Counted from the first letter of the stretch, positions 19,668-28,888 are shown. The stretch: 64,000 nucleotides of DNA from Promethearchaeota archaeon (GCA_048938105.1 JBHLMN010000001.1:96001-160000); one strand, 5' to 3'. A program made the numbers and translations. The notes: generated by a model from the letters alone, not told the origin.

Positions 19668-21374
19668 TTATTTCTTAAAAACAAGAATACTCTGATGAAC
19701 AACGCTGGGGATATAAGAAAATGGATATCCAAACACATGTAACGCCTTATCTGGTGCATACCAAATAACTTCGGTTTCAAAAGAGTAACCTATATCTAAC
19801 AGGACTTTAGTAAGCATAGAAGACAGAAAGAGATATTTTCCCACCCTCCTAGCTACTCCGTTACTGACTTCTTTGATAGTTCGATACATATTGCCAATGA
19901 AGACCACCAAATATTTTCCAGCAATAACCTTCGGATAACATTGACTAAAAACTGTTTTTAGTAACTCAATCCATTCTTCAATTGTTAAAATGGAAGCTTG
20001 GTTGAAGCTATGCAGAGGGGAGGGTAATCTGTCTCGTGATTCTTCACCAGCCTTAGAAAAACGACCTCGAGTTTTTTGAAGTTTATCCATTGCCCAATAG
20101 GGGACATCCGTTAAAATTAGGGCAATGCTATTGTCTTCTATTGCAGTTTTAACAACCTGTCGGGAATCTCCAATGAGGAATTCTTGTGGTATTAAACCAT
20201 TATCTTGTGAAACTGTTAAATAGATGGTTTTCCAACGTTCATTGATATCGATTCCAACAGCTTTTCTCCCAGATAAACTAGCTCCCATCAGAGTTCCTCC
20301 AACTCCAGCAAATGGATCTAATATTACACCTTCTCGGCTTTTTGAATATTTTTCAATTAATATTTGAGTAAGCTCCGGAGGTTTCATACCTCCGTGTTCA
20401 CTTCGTAATTTGTGATTAAATGAGGGTGGAAACGACTTATGTATGATGTATGTGTCTCCTACTGGAATATCATGCTTAAAAAAAAGAGGATTATGATTAA
20501 TACCGTTGTAAGAAGATTCTTTTCGGAAAACCAAAAATCGACGAAGCAATTTCTTATAGGTTATCTCGCTGGATGAATCAGGTGCAAACCAGATTCTTTC
20601 TGCTTTAAGAACCAATCCCATTTCTTGTAGATTATATGCTAAAATTGCTGAAAAAGAAAAATTTACAGGTGGAAAGCCCTGTTTTTTAGATTTTCCTTTA
20701 TTAAATCCATTGGGAATTGAGACGACAATATATTTGGATTCTTTCAATTTTCTCGTCGTTTCAGAAAGAACATGGCATACTGAAGAACACCAATGCCTTA
20801 TAGATTCTTTAGGTGACCCCTTATAATCATTGAGCCTTATACCAATCTTTTCAGTATCTTTTGGCCCCGATATATCCCAGATTGGGATATCAGTGAGTAT
20901 AAAATCAATAGACTCATTTTTTACTTTTGATAGAACTAGAACTGGATCACCAGATAACATTTCTTGTTCTGAGATGTTTAATTTCTTTATCAATTGATAA
21001 TATCTTTGGATAAGGGATTGATTATTTTCAATACCAATACATTTTCGTCTAGGGGTGGTTCGGCTTTCGTTTGCAAAAAAGCTTCCAATTAATGTACTAC
21101 CTATTCCTGCAAAGGGATCTAAGATGGTATTCCCAGGTTTTGAAAAGGTTTCTATGAGCTCTTTGCTTAAATCGCTAGGAATGGGGTTATAATTCCTACT
21201 CCTTATATTAGATGGCCAAATCAGAGGATATTTCTTCGGAATAATTGTTTTTGTAGAGAAAAGCCATTCTTTTCCTGTTAAATCATTTAGAACATTACGC
21301 TTATCATAAATTCCCCGTTCTTGACGATTTTCTTGATAATCTTTCAAAGAAAGTGATGGCAAAGCTGTTTTCAT
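19668..21374 (-). CDS. Tandem two-domain N4/N6-type (amino) methyltransferase
   Basis: Two repeats: ILDPFAGIGST with ILTDIPIW, and KPPEL...ILDPFAGVGGT with ILTDVPYW. Confidence 0.8.
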   Translation of the reverse strand: MKTALPSLSLKDYQENRQERGIYDKRNVLNDLTGKEWLFSTKTIIPKKYPLIWPSNIRSRNYNPIPSDLSKELIETFSKPGNTILDPFAGIGSTLIGSFFANESRTTPRRKCIGIENNQSLIQRYYQLIKKLNISEQEMLSGDPVLVLSKVKNESIDFILTDIPIWDISGPKDTEKIGIRLNDYKGSPKESIRHWCSSVCHVLSETTRKLKESKYIVVSIPNGFNKGKSKKQGFPPVNFSFSAILAYNLQEMGLVLKAERIWFAPDSSSEITYKKLLRRFLVFRKESSYNGINHNPLFFKHDIPVGDTYIIHKSFPPSFNHKLRSEHGGMKPPELTQILIEKYSKSREGVILDPFAGVGGTLMGASLSGRKAVGIDINERWKTIYLTVSQDNGLIPQEFLIGDSRQVVKTAIEDNSIALILTDVPYWAMDKLQKTRGRFSKAGEESRDRLPSPLHSFNQASILTIEEWIELLKTVFSQCYPKVIAGKYLVVFIGNMYRTIKEVSNGVARRVGKYLFLSSMLTKVLLDIGYSFETEVIWYAPDKALHVFGYPFSYIPSVVHQSILVFKK

Positions 21375-21405
21375 CCATAATTAGAATTTATCTGTATTAT
21401 CTTCT

Positions 21406-21714
21406 TTAAATTCTTGATAGAACTGAAGAAAGAAGCCATAAAACAATTGGACCACCAAATAGCAGTAGTAAGCCTAAGTAAGCAATCATACGAACCCGCA
21501 TAACACGATTATAACATGGTTTACAATATATTTTCTGAATGAAATCCCTTTTTTGGCCAAGGAATTGTTGAAAGAAGTTCACAGACCAATCTTCAATATA
21601 ACAATCGGAACAAAAATATTCGTTACATCGTTCGCATTCTTTGGTTTCAAAGTTATTCGGATGATTTACACACATATGGCCCTTTCTAAGCTGTTTCTCT
21701 TTCTTCTTCGTCAT
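21406..21714 (-). CDS. B-box-like zinc finger protein with C-terminal TM anchor
   Basis: CVNHP...CERCNEYFCSDC...YCKPCY followed by one hydrophobic helix. Confidence 0.7.
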   Translation of the reverse strand: MTKKKEKQLRKGHMCVNHPNNFETKECERCNEYFCSDCYIEDWSVNFFQQFLGQKRDFIQKIYCKPCYNRVMRVRMIAYLGLLLLFGGPIVLWLLSSVLSRI

Positions 21715-21722
21715 ATATTATA

Positions 21723-23429
21723 TCACGCTTTGTCTACACGCTTCTGACGTTGTAATTGATCTTGATAAAGCTGTCTTACTGTTTCAATGGTATCTGCATC
21801 TTCAATATTTTTATCATTTCGAATTCTCTTTATTCTAGCAAAACGTAACGCCATACCCGAGGTATATTTCGAAGATTCTTGAATATTGTCAAATTCAACT
21901 TCTACAACTATTTTAGGCTGAACACTTATTCCATATGATTCTTTTGACATTTCTAACTCTTGTAATTGTTCAGTTAATTGTACAAATTCCTCATCTTTTA
22001 ATCCTTTGAACGTTTTACCAATCACATAAAATTCATTATCATCGTGTGCAGCTAGATGATAATTTGATAACCATCCTGTTCGTCTTCCATGTCCCCATTC
22101 CGCTCCTACAATAACTAGATCAAGAGTAGGTAAAGTAACCTTAAGTTTTAACCAGCTTTTGCCACGTTTCCCAGCTTGATATGTGGAAATTGGATCTTTA
22201 AGCATTAAGCCCTCTGAACCATTCTGAATGGCCTCTTGAAGTTGGTTCTGAATATCTACCTTATTTCCAAGGGTTTTATGTCCCATTTTAATAATATTCT
22301 TTCGATCTGGAATTGAAGAATATAATATTTCCTTTCTTTTCATCAATTGAGTATTTAAAAGAGATTTTCCTTTGTATAAAAGGATATCAAAGACATAATA
22401 ATAACATGGAATAGATTTGACAGAGACATCGATATCTCGCTTCCTTTGTATACGTGTCGAAAGATCTTGAAAAAACACTGGTTTTCCATCAACGAGCGCA
22501 ACCACTTCACCATCAAGGATACTAGAGGTTAATTGTTTTCTAAACTCACTTGAAACCGAGGTTATAATTTCAGGAAACGCATGTGTGACATCTTCAAGGT
22601 TTCTCGAGTACAGTTTACACTTATTCTTCCCTATATGTAGTTGCGCACGAAATCCATCGACCTTTGGTTCACAAACTAACTGTTTATAATTATTCAACGC
22701 GTCATCAATCGATTCAGCCTTTGAAGCTAACATAGAGCGTAATGGATGAAAAACCCGTGGCTCTAGTGATAATAAATCAACTGAATGATCTTTAGCTATT
22801 TGAGAAACATCTCCAATGTCACTAAGAACCATATATGCATATCTAACATCTTCATTGCTACGATTGAAAGCTAATGCGATTGCATCTAATAACAAACCTC
22901 CCCGAAAACCAGTTCTCGTGTCAGAAGTAATGATTCGAGCAATATATTTTGCTTCTAAGGGGGAGGCATTTCTTAATAATTGTAGTAATTGGTTTTGCTT
23001 TGCTTTTTGTGATCCTTTCCCTTTAAATGAAGCTATTTCCACGAGATGCTCATTTACATCTTCAATTGAAAGTTCCTTGGTTTCTCTTTGGCCAAAATAG
23101 CTGTCAAGAGATTTAGGTTGGGATGTTCGTTTCATTAAAGCATATTCTATTAAACTCCCAAAATCTGCTTTTGTACCATAAAAACCTCTCAGATCATCAG
23201 GAGTTCTACTAGTGAGTTGATGAACAACATTCATAAAAGAACTCCAACCAAATTGAATCTTATTTTCTGAAGTTTTTGAAAATGGTTGACCTGTGGCATA
23301 ATAACACACAAGAGGTAGTTCAGGTTCCGGTAATTTTTTTAAAAACGATGCAAATATTGTAACTTTTTCATTCTTTTTGCTAGTTGAGTCGACTTCCTCC
23401 ATCACATCACAAAAATCTTTGAATTTCAG
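21723..23429 (-). CDS. lig: ATP-dependent DNA ligase
   Basis: EPKVDGFR (motif I), LDGEVV, YVFDIL, EGLMLK, WLKLK, LRFARIKRIRNDK. The N-terminus extends in frame to CTG 23429 (KFKDFCDVMEEV), downstream of GAGG. Confidence 0.95.
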   Translation of the reverse strand: MKFKDFCDVMEEVDSTSKKNEKVTIFASFLKKLPEPELPLVCYYATGQPFSKTSENKIQFGWSSFMNVVHQLTSRTPDDLRGFYGTKADFGSLIEYALMKRTSQPKSLDSYFGQRETKELSIEDVNEHLVEIASFKGKGSQKAKQNQLLQLLRNASPLEAKYIARIITSDTRTGFRGGLLLDAIALAFNRSNEDVRYAYMVLSDIGDVSQIAKDHSVDLLSLEPRVFHPLRSMLASKAESIDDALNNYKQLVCEPKVDGFRAQLHIGKNKCKLYSRNLEDVTHAFPEIITSVSSEFRKQLTSSILDGEVVALVDGKPVFFQDLSTRIQRKRDIDVSVKSIPCYYYVFDILLYKGKSLLNTQLMKRKEILYSSIPDRKNIIKMGHKTLGNKVDIQNQLQEAIQNGSEGLMLKDPISTYQAGKRGKSWLKLKVTLPTLDLVIVGAEWGHGRRTGWLSNYHLAAHDDNEFYVIGKTFKGLKDEEFVQLTEQLQELEMSKESYGISVQPKIVVEVEFDNIQESSKYTSGMALRFARIKRIRNDKNIEDADTIETVRQLYQDQLQRQKRVDKA

Positions 23430-23560
23430 TATTATCGTCCTCTAAGACTTCTAATTGGTTGTTGTTATGATATCAGAGAGAATTACCTTGAAAATAAATT
23501 TTATCTTTATAAATTAGGTTAAGAGGGAATTAGCTAGAGGAAAGAATAAAGGCGAATTAA

Positions 23561-24763
23561 ATGAAATTCCGCGAAGCAACAAGCGAGGAGCAGGTTGTAA
23601 TTAGAAAAATAGCTCGATATGCTTTTAGTGGTCACAGAAATAAGTATGAAGATCCCAATAACCCCGAACCATTTGATTTCCCATATTCAGCGAAAGATTA
23701 TATAGTTGAAGATTTTAATACCATCATTGCTGTTGTAGGAGTAATAGATTTTTCCCAACATCTTCGAGGAAGTTGGATAAAGATGGCAGGGATGACAAGA
23801 GTAGTCTGTCGACCCGAATATCGCCGTCAAGGCTATATTACAAAATTATTCCAATTCGTCTTCAAAAAGATCTATGATCAGAATTTTCTAGTTTCAGCAC
23901 TATATCCCTTTACATTTAGTTTTTATGAGAAATTAGGGTATGGACAAGCGGATTCACTCCATGTTCTTACCATTAAAAGTTCTGATATTATCCAAAAACC
24001 AGTGTCAAATCGTGTTGTTGTTGAAGACTTCGATCCAAACTATAAGCGATGTCAACCTCTCTACAAACGTCTGAGTCAGCAAATAGATGGATTAGTTAAG
24101 AGACCTGCTAGCGTATGGAAAAATCTTGATAGTTGGGATTGGAAAAAACACGGATTTCAATTTATTTGTCAAGACTCTCAAGGGAGAGATTCGGGTTATC
24201 TATTGTTACGATTTGAGCAAAGAAACCAAGATAATCCTTTTCCTTTCCTCGGAGTAAGAGAAGTAGTGTATTTTGATTCAGAAACTAAACAAGCATTCTT
24301 AAATTTCCTAGCAAATCACGATTCGCAGAGAGAATATATTAAATTGGTTCCTTTTGAGTCCAATTTTTTACCCTATCTTAAAAGTCCTCGAATGAAAGAA
24401 AATTTACTAATAGCAAATTCAATGTTTCGAATTATCAATGTTGAACAGCTTTTACCTCGTTTAAAATATCAAGAGGATGTTAATGAACAAATTACCATTG
24501 ATCTTGAGGATCCATCAAATCAATGTCCTTGGAATAATGGGGCTTTTACACTGGAAGTTGCAGACGGAAAGGGAAACATAATAACGAAGCCCAGCCCAAA
24601 TAATTTACGAATGGGTATTAAATCTTTTAGTCAAGTTCTTATTGGATTTCACAGTCCAGAGGAGCTCGCTGAAGCAGGTCAGATACAGGGTTCTACTCAA
24701 TCCATAAACATTTTGGGTAGAATATTCCCTAAACAAACAACCGCTTTACGTGATTTTTTCTAA
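23561..24763 (+). CDS. Eis-like GNAT acetyltransferase with C-terminal SCP2-like domain
   Basis: VVCRPEYRRQGY, SALYPF, FYEKLGY, CPWNNG. Confidence 0.88.
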   Translation: MKFREATSEEQVVIRKIARYAFSGHRNKYEDPNNPEPFDFPYSAKDYIVEDFNTIIAVVGVIDFSQHLRGSWIKMAGMTRVVCRPEYRRQGYITKLFQFVFKKIYDQNFLVSALYPFTFSFYEKLGYGQADSLHVLTIKSSDIIQKPVSNRVVVEDFDPNYKRCQPLYKRLSQQIDGLVKRPASVWKNLDSWDWKKHGFQFICQDSQGRDSGYLLLRFEQRNQDNPFPFLGVREVVYFDSETKQAFLNFLANHDSQREYIKLVPFESNFLPYLKSPRMKENLLIANSMFRIINVEQLLPRLKYQEDVNEQITIDLEDPSNQCPWNNGAFTLEVADGKGNIITKPSPNNLRMGIKSFSQVLIGFHSPEELAEAGQIQGSTQSINILGRIFPKQTTALRDFF

Positions 24764-24767
24764 AGGA

Positions 24768-26033
24768 TTATTTTCCTTTAAAAGCAATTTCAAATTGTTT
24801 AGCAAACCTCCCCATGACAATTTTAGTTTTAGCTAATCTTCCAATCTCTGATTGAACTTCCGGATCTAAACGTGCTGGTGAACTATTTTCCCAGGGGGTA
24901 CCTGGGAGGGGCATAAAGTAATGGAGTCTCACACGAGCTTTTCTTCCAAGGTCATGAATTAAAGCTAATGTTTGCCACTGTTCATCGGTTGTTTCAGAGG
25001 GTACTCCAAGTAAAAAGTCAAATACAGGTGTAAAGCCTTGGGCGATCAATAAATCAGATGCATGTAGCCCATCTTCGACAGAATGTCCTCTACGCATTTC
25101 ACGAAGGATTCGATCGGATCCACTTTGAAATCCAACTGCCACTTGACGATTAGTCACCTCATCAAATAACAATACAGTTTCATCTGTTATGTACTCTGGT
25201 CTAATCTCTGAGGGGAATGTTCCAAAAAATATTCGGATATTATATTGTGAAAGTCGTTTTAAGAGCTTAGTTAAGGCTTCACAATTCGGCTGGCCGCGTT
25301 TCTTCTCCATGTACCCAAGTGAGTTGGGTGCAATAAAGCGAATATCAATATTTTTTTTCAATGGTTTAAAATGTTGAATATAATGTTCTACAATCTTGGT
25401 AATAGTCTCAATCGAACGAAATCGAGGATTACCATAAACATAAGGTACTTGACAAAACCGACAGCGAAATGAACATCCCCGCATTAACTCAATGGGAGGA
25501 TGTAACGGGAAATTTTTGTTATCAGAGTATGGACAATGATCATTTAGATTTATCCGATCTCGTGAGGGAGTGTGAATTAACTCTCCTGCTTTGTTCAAAA
25601 ATACGATTCCAGGTAAAGAATTTATACTATTCTGTTGAAATCTATTGTTCGCTAATGTAAGTACGAATTCAGGAAAAGTTACTTCCCCTTCGCCTTTAAT
25701 CACATAATTCACTCCCATCTCTAAGATTGTTTGAGGATCTCCAGAGGCATGGAATCCACCAATTACTGTGATTAACTTTGATGACAATATCTGTTTGTTG
25801 ATATCTGTTAATCGATCCTTGAGCGAACTAAGGGTTGTGATTCGTGCGGATTCTCCGTAAATAACATGAAGGCCACGACCTAATTGTGTCTGGATCTGAG
25901 AAATGGGATCTCCCTTAATAATCTCATAAGGAAGCCTGTGTTGTCGTAGACTAGAAGCCAAAGGCCCGAGTGCATACCACGTGGTTTTATCCCAATATAA
26001 GAGAATTATATATTCACTGGGAGGTTGTTGCAT
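24768..26033 (-). CDS. B12-binding domain radical SAM protein (archaeal MJ_1487-like)
   Basis: IGGFHASG, GEGE, IELMRGCSFRCRFCQVP, GTFPSEIRPE, GFQSGS. Probable ATG start at 26033. Confidence 0.85.
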   Translation of the reverse strand: MQQPPSEYIILLYWDKTTWYALGPLASSLRQHRLPYEIIKGDPISQIQTQLGRGLHVIYGESARITTLSSLKDRLTDINKQILSSKLITVIGGFHASGDPQTILEMGVNYVIKGEGEVTFPEFVLTLANNRFQQNSINSLPGIVFLNKAGELIHTPSRDRINLNDHCPYSDNKNFPLHPPIELMRGCSFRCRFCQVPYVYGNPRFRSIETITKIVEHYIQHFKPLKKNIDIRFIAPNSLGYMEKKRGQPNCEALTKLLKRLSQYNIRIFFGTFPSEIRPEYITDETVLLFDEVTNRQVAVGFQSGSDRILREMRRGHSVEDGLHASDLLIAQGFTPVFDFLLGVPSETTDEQWQTLALIHDLGRKARVRLHYFMPLPGTPWENSSPARLDPEVQSEIGRLAKTKIVMGRFAKQFEIAFKGK

Positions 26034-26266
26034 GAAGACAGAATCCCTCAATAACAAGAATTCATATATCTGTGCATCAAGACTTCATTTATAAGTAATA
26101 TTAAGCGCATAAAAGAAAAATACAATCCTTGCATAATAGTAACAAGTCCAAAAAAAAGCACAATTAATTTTAAAAAAAATAATAATTCGGTCTTCATGTA
26201 AGTTTTTGCGAAAAAAACTATATTAACCAAATTATTTTGGTTTTTAACCAAAATGAGTGATTCATT

Positions 26267-26305
26267 CCCTTGGTAGCTCAGCCTGGCAAGAGCCCCCGGC
26301 TGTAG
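26267..26305 (+). tRNA. Orphan 5' half of tRNA-Tyr(GTA), positions 1-37, followed by an unrelated GC-rich trailer
   Basis: CCCTTGGTAGCTCAGCCTGGCAAGAGCCCCCGGCTGTAG matches the 5' exon of the complete tRNA at 28850-28888 at 38 of 39 nt. Identity ends at the 37/38 intron site, and no 3' half was seen downstream. Confidence 0.85.
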
Positions 26306-26366
26306 GCGCAGACGCCACACCCTGGATGATGCGATGAAAGGGTCGATAATTGGTATCTTTTAACAA

Positions 26367-28259
26367 TTAAATTCGGTTTATACTCCTAATGGTATTGAAT
26401 ACTGGTTTAATTCCTAAATGTTTGAGAATCCTATTGTAATAATGTTTGTAAATGGTCTTATTCCATTTTTTTTGAAATTCAGAATAATTATTAATTTTCT
26501 TTAAAGCAACCAACTCTATTAAGCCTCTTATCAGAGGTTTAATATCATTTACATAACATGTTATAGCCTCATTTAATTGAGGTTCACTAATGACATACTT
26601 TAATGATTTTGTGAAAGTAAACGCTGCAAATCGATCATAAGCGCTATTTATCTGATTAAAAATTAATTTTAAGGCTGATCTTTCAGATTTTTTAAGGTTT
26701 ATCTGATTAGAAGTTATTGATTTATAGATTTGCTTAACAATTTTGCGACATCTAGCGTTCCTATATAAAATCGGATCTAATAAAATATTTCTATTGTCTC
26801 TCCTCTCATAGAAAATTTTATTTAATTTATTTGAAATTTTATGATTATTCCGATAATCTAATTCATGAAAAATCAACCACTTGTATTTTGCTACTTGTGC
26901 TTTAATATCTGATTCAATAATCACCATTGCTGTATTAATTCCAGAATCTGCCTTATATTTCTTTAATTCCATTAGTTGAAAGAAGATACCTGTAGCATGA
27001 GGTTTTGCTATTGTTCTTGATCGTCCTTTTAGTTGTATAATGGCATAAATCTCTCTATTAATTCCCATTATGCCGTTAGTGACTAAAATGTCAGGAGCAA
27101 AAGTATCAGACCTTAAAAATCCTCTCCAGTCTTTTAATCCCCAACCCAATTCGAACTCACACGTCTTATATTGGTCTTCAGTCAAAATTCCATATTTAAT
27201 TAATGGTGATGATTCAAGATTTGATTCTCTAAGTTTTGTTATTCGATTTATGAAAAGTCTTGAAGCACCTTTATTCTCATTATCAACTTCTGTTTGTTTC
27301 AATCCTTTAAGAGCAAGATAAGCATCTGACTCTGAAACTACATCTTCAACTTTATTGTGGCTAACGATCTTACTTTTTTTCTGTGCAATAGCAAGGTTAT
27401 TCACAATTTCATTCATTGTAGAATTTAAAATGCCTTTTTTACCTGCTTCTATTGCTTTAATAACACATAAATCTGCATCTAAAGCTATATCAACAAAATG
27501 TAGCTCATTTTGAGCTTTGAAAGCTTTAATTCTCTTTGAATAGCCTCGTAGTGGTTTAACTTGATGAAAAAAGAAATCTCTTACTGTTTTATTAGATATT
27601 TGTCTCGTTTGACTAACCCATTCTGCAGATTTGTTTTCTACCCAAGTTGAAGGCTTCTTTACTTTATTTTTATTTAGAGCGTAACCTATCCAAGCAATTT
27701 TTTCATTAACTATATAATTCACTCTGTTTTTATAATCCTCATACAAATCAAGATCAATTTCAAAAATACGAAAGTTATGAGGGGACTTTTTGTTAATTCG
27801 TATGAAATCAAGAAAGCCCCATGTCTGCAATTTTCTGCTTCTTACAGTTTTTCCTGCCTGATTAACTGTACCATATTCAAATCCAATTTTGGTCCCTCGT
27901 TTGATAAAAATATCTTGATTCTTACCAGAAATTGTGAGAAAAAGTTTGTGTCCCATTATAGCATAGTTTACTGATATTTTCTCAATATCAACGTTTATTA
28001 CACCATTTGAACCGTCTATAAAATTTTCCCTTTCATCAATAGGAGAAGGATCCATTTTAGAAATAACATACGACTCAAACTGTTCAAACCATTTATATTG
28101 AGAATATAGAGTCTGTGATTTCAACTGCCACCCGCGATAAAAAATGCTTGCACAATATTTCTGATTTGAAGAGGTTATATTGCTATAATCCCTTTCAGAA
28201 GGGTGTAAAGACTTAAAATTAGCCTTTTTTTTTGCAAAAAATATTTGCTTTTTAGCCAT
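26367..28259 (-). CDS. Lys/Ile/Asn-rich hypothetical protein, putative PD-(D/E)XK nuclease
   Basis: 630 aa, visibly AT-rich. Contains FAPDILV...AIIQLKGR, a PD...(E/Q)xK-like motif, preceded by CEFE. Confidence 0.55.
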   Translation of the reverse strand: MAKKQIFFAKKKANFKSLHPSERDYSNITSSNQKYCASIFYRGWQLKSQTLYSQYKWFEQFESYVISKMDPSPIDERENFIDGSNGVINVDIEKISVNYAIMGHKLFLTISGKNQDIFIKRGTKIGFEYGTVNQAGKTVRSRKLQTWGFLDFIRINKKSPHNFRIFEIDLDLYEDYKNRVNYIVNEKIAWIGYALNKNKVKKPSTWVENKSAEWVSQTRQISNKTVRDFFFHQVKPLRGYSKRIKAFKAQNELHFVDIALDADLCVIKAIEAGKKGILNSTMNEIVNNLAIAQKKSKIVSHNKVEDVVSESDAYLALKGLKQTEVDNENKGASRLFINRITKLRESNLESSPLIKYGILTEDQYKTCEFELGWGLKDWRGFLRSDTFAPDILVTNGIMGINREIYAIIQLKGRSRTIAKPHATGIFFQLMELKKYKADSGINTAMVIIESDIKAQVAKYKWLIFHELDYRNNHKISNKLNKIFYERRDNRNILLDPILYRNARCRKIVKQIYKSITSNQINLKKSERSALKLIFNQINSAYDRFAAFTFTKSLKYVISEPQLNEAITCYVNDIKPLIRGLIELVALKKINNYSEFQKKWNKTIYKHYYNRILKHLGIKPVFNTIRSINRI

Positions 28260-28730
28260 TGAATTAATTCCTTTGAATGCTCTGAACCGATCAAATAAGA
28301 TATTAAAAGACTTTTTGGATAGATCTCTTATCTAAATTCGAAAACTTCATGAGAGAAAGTAGGAAACACTTACATAGAGCATTATTTCAACTAAACCTGA
28401 GATTTTAAATTTTAAAAGATTTAATCTCCCTCTTATCAATATTAAATTCGCCACAATTTCAGTTATTCCACGAAAAATTATGTAAAAATGTTGTCTCCCT
28501 ATCCATTCGACGTGAGACTTCTCCAAAACGACTTTTTACATCTTTTTTAGATTCCTAAGTCTTTAAAAAATATCGAATTGTTACTTTTTTCTTTTCTATA
28601 AGGTTTCCCTTCCCTTCATTTTTGATCATTTCAGCACTCTTAAAAGATAATAAAAAATTGTAATTCATCCAAATTTCGCTATATAATCTCAATGTTCTTA
28701 TTAAAAGAATCTTTACATAGGGAAGAAAAG

Positions 28731-28888
28731 TCCCTTGGCCGTGAGTTTCGGGAAGAAGTGTTTAAATCCCTCCATTCGAACACGGGACAACCCGGTGGCT
28801 GATCCAGCTGACACACTCTTCATAGGTGTCTCGGAGGTGCGAACTAAGTCTACAGCCGGGGGCTCTAGCCAGGCTGAGCTACCAAGGG
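28731..28888 (-). tRNA. tRNA-Tyr(GTA) with two introns (37/38 at 28797-28849; 59/60 at 28745-28774)
   Basis: Acceptor CCCTTGG/CCAAGGG-A (C1:G72), D arm GCTC/GAGC, anticodon stem CCCGG/CCGGG with GTA at 28853-28851, T stem CCGTG/CACGG. Removing 53 nt and 30 nt gives a 75-nt tRNA. The T-loop intron forms a strict BHB. Confidence 0.93.

Noticed and set aside
26048-26320. 90-aa minus-strand ORF
   Set aside because: Overlaps the tRNA half antisense and an AT-rich promoter region; no protein-like features.
26321-26345. Hammerhead-like words (CTGGATGA...GAAA...GTC) in the tRNA-half trailer
   Set aside because: The core deviates from CUGAUGA, and stems II and III cannot be formed convincingly.
28460-28630. 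Possible degraded small ORF upstream of the 630-aa gene (minus strand)
   Set aside because: Short, interrupted by TAG, and with no recognisable homology.
26306-28730. One giant cis intron in tRNA-Tyr containing the 630-aa ORF
   Set aside because: No plus-strand 3' exon was found; the only 3' half is on the minus strand and belongs to the complete gene.
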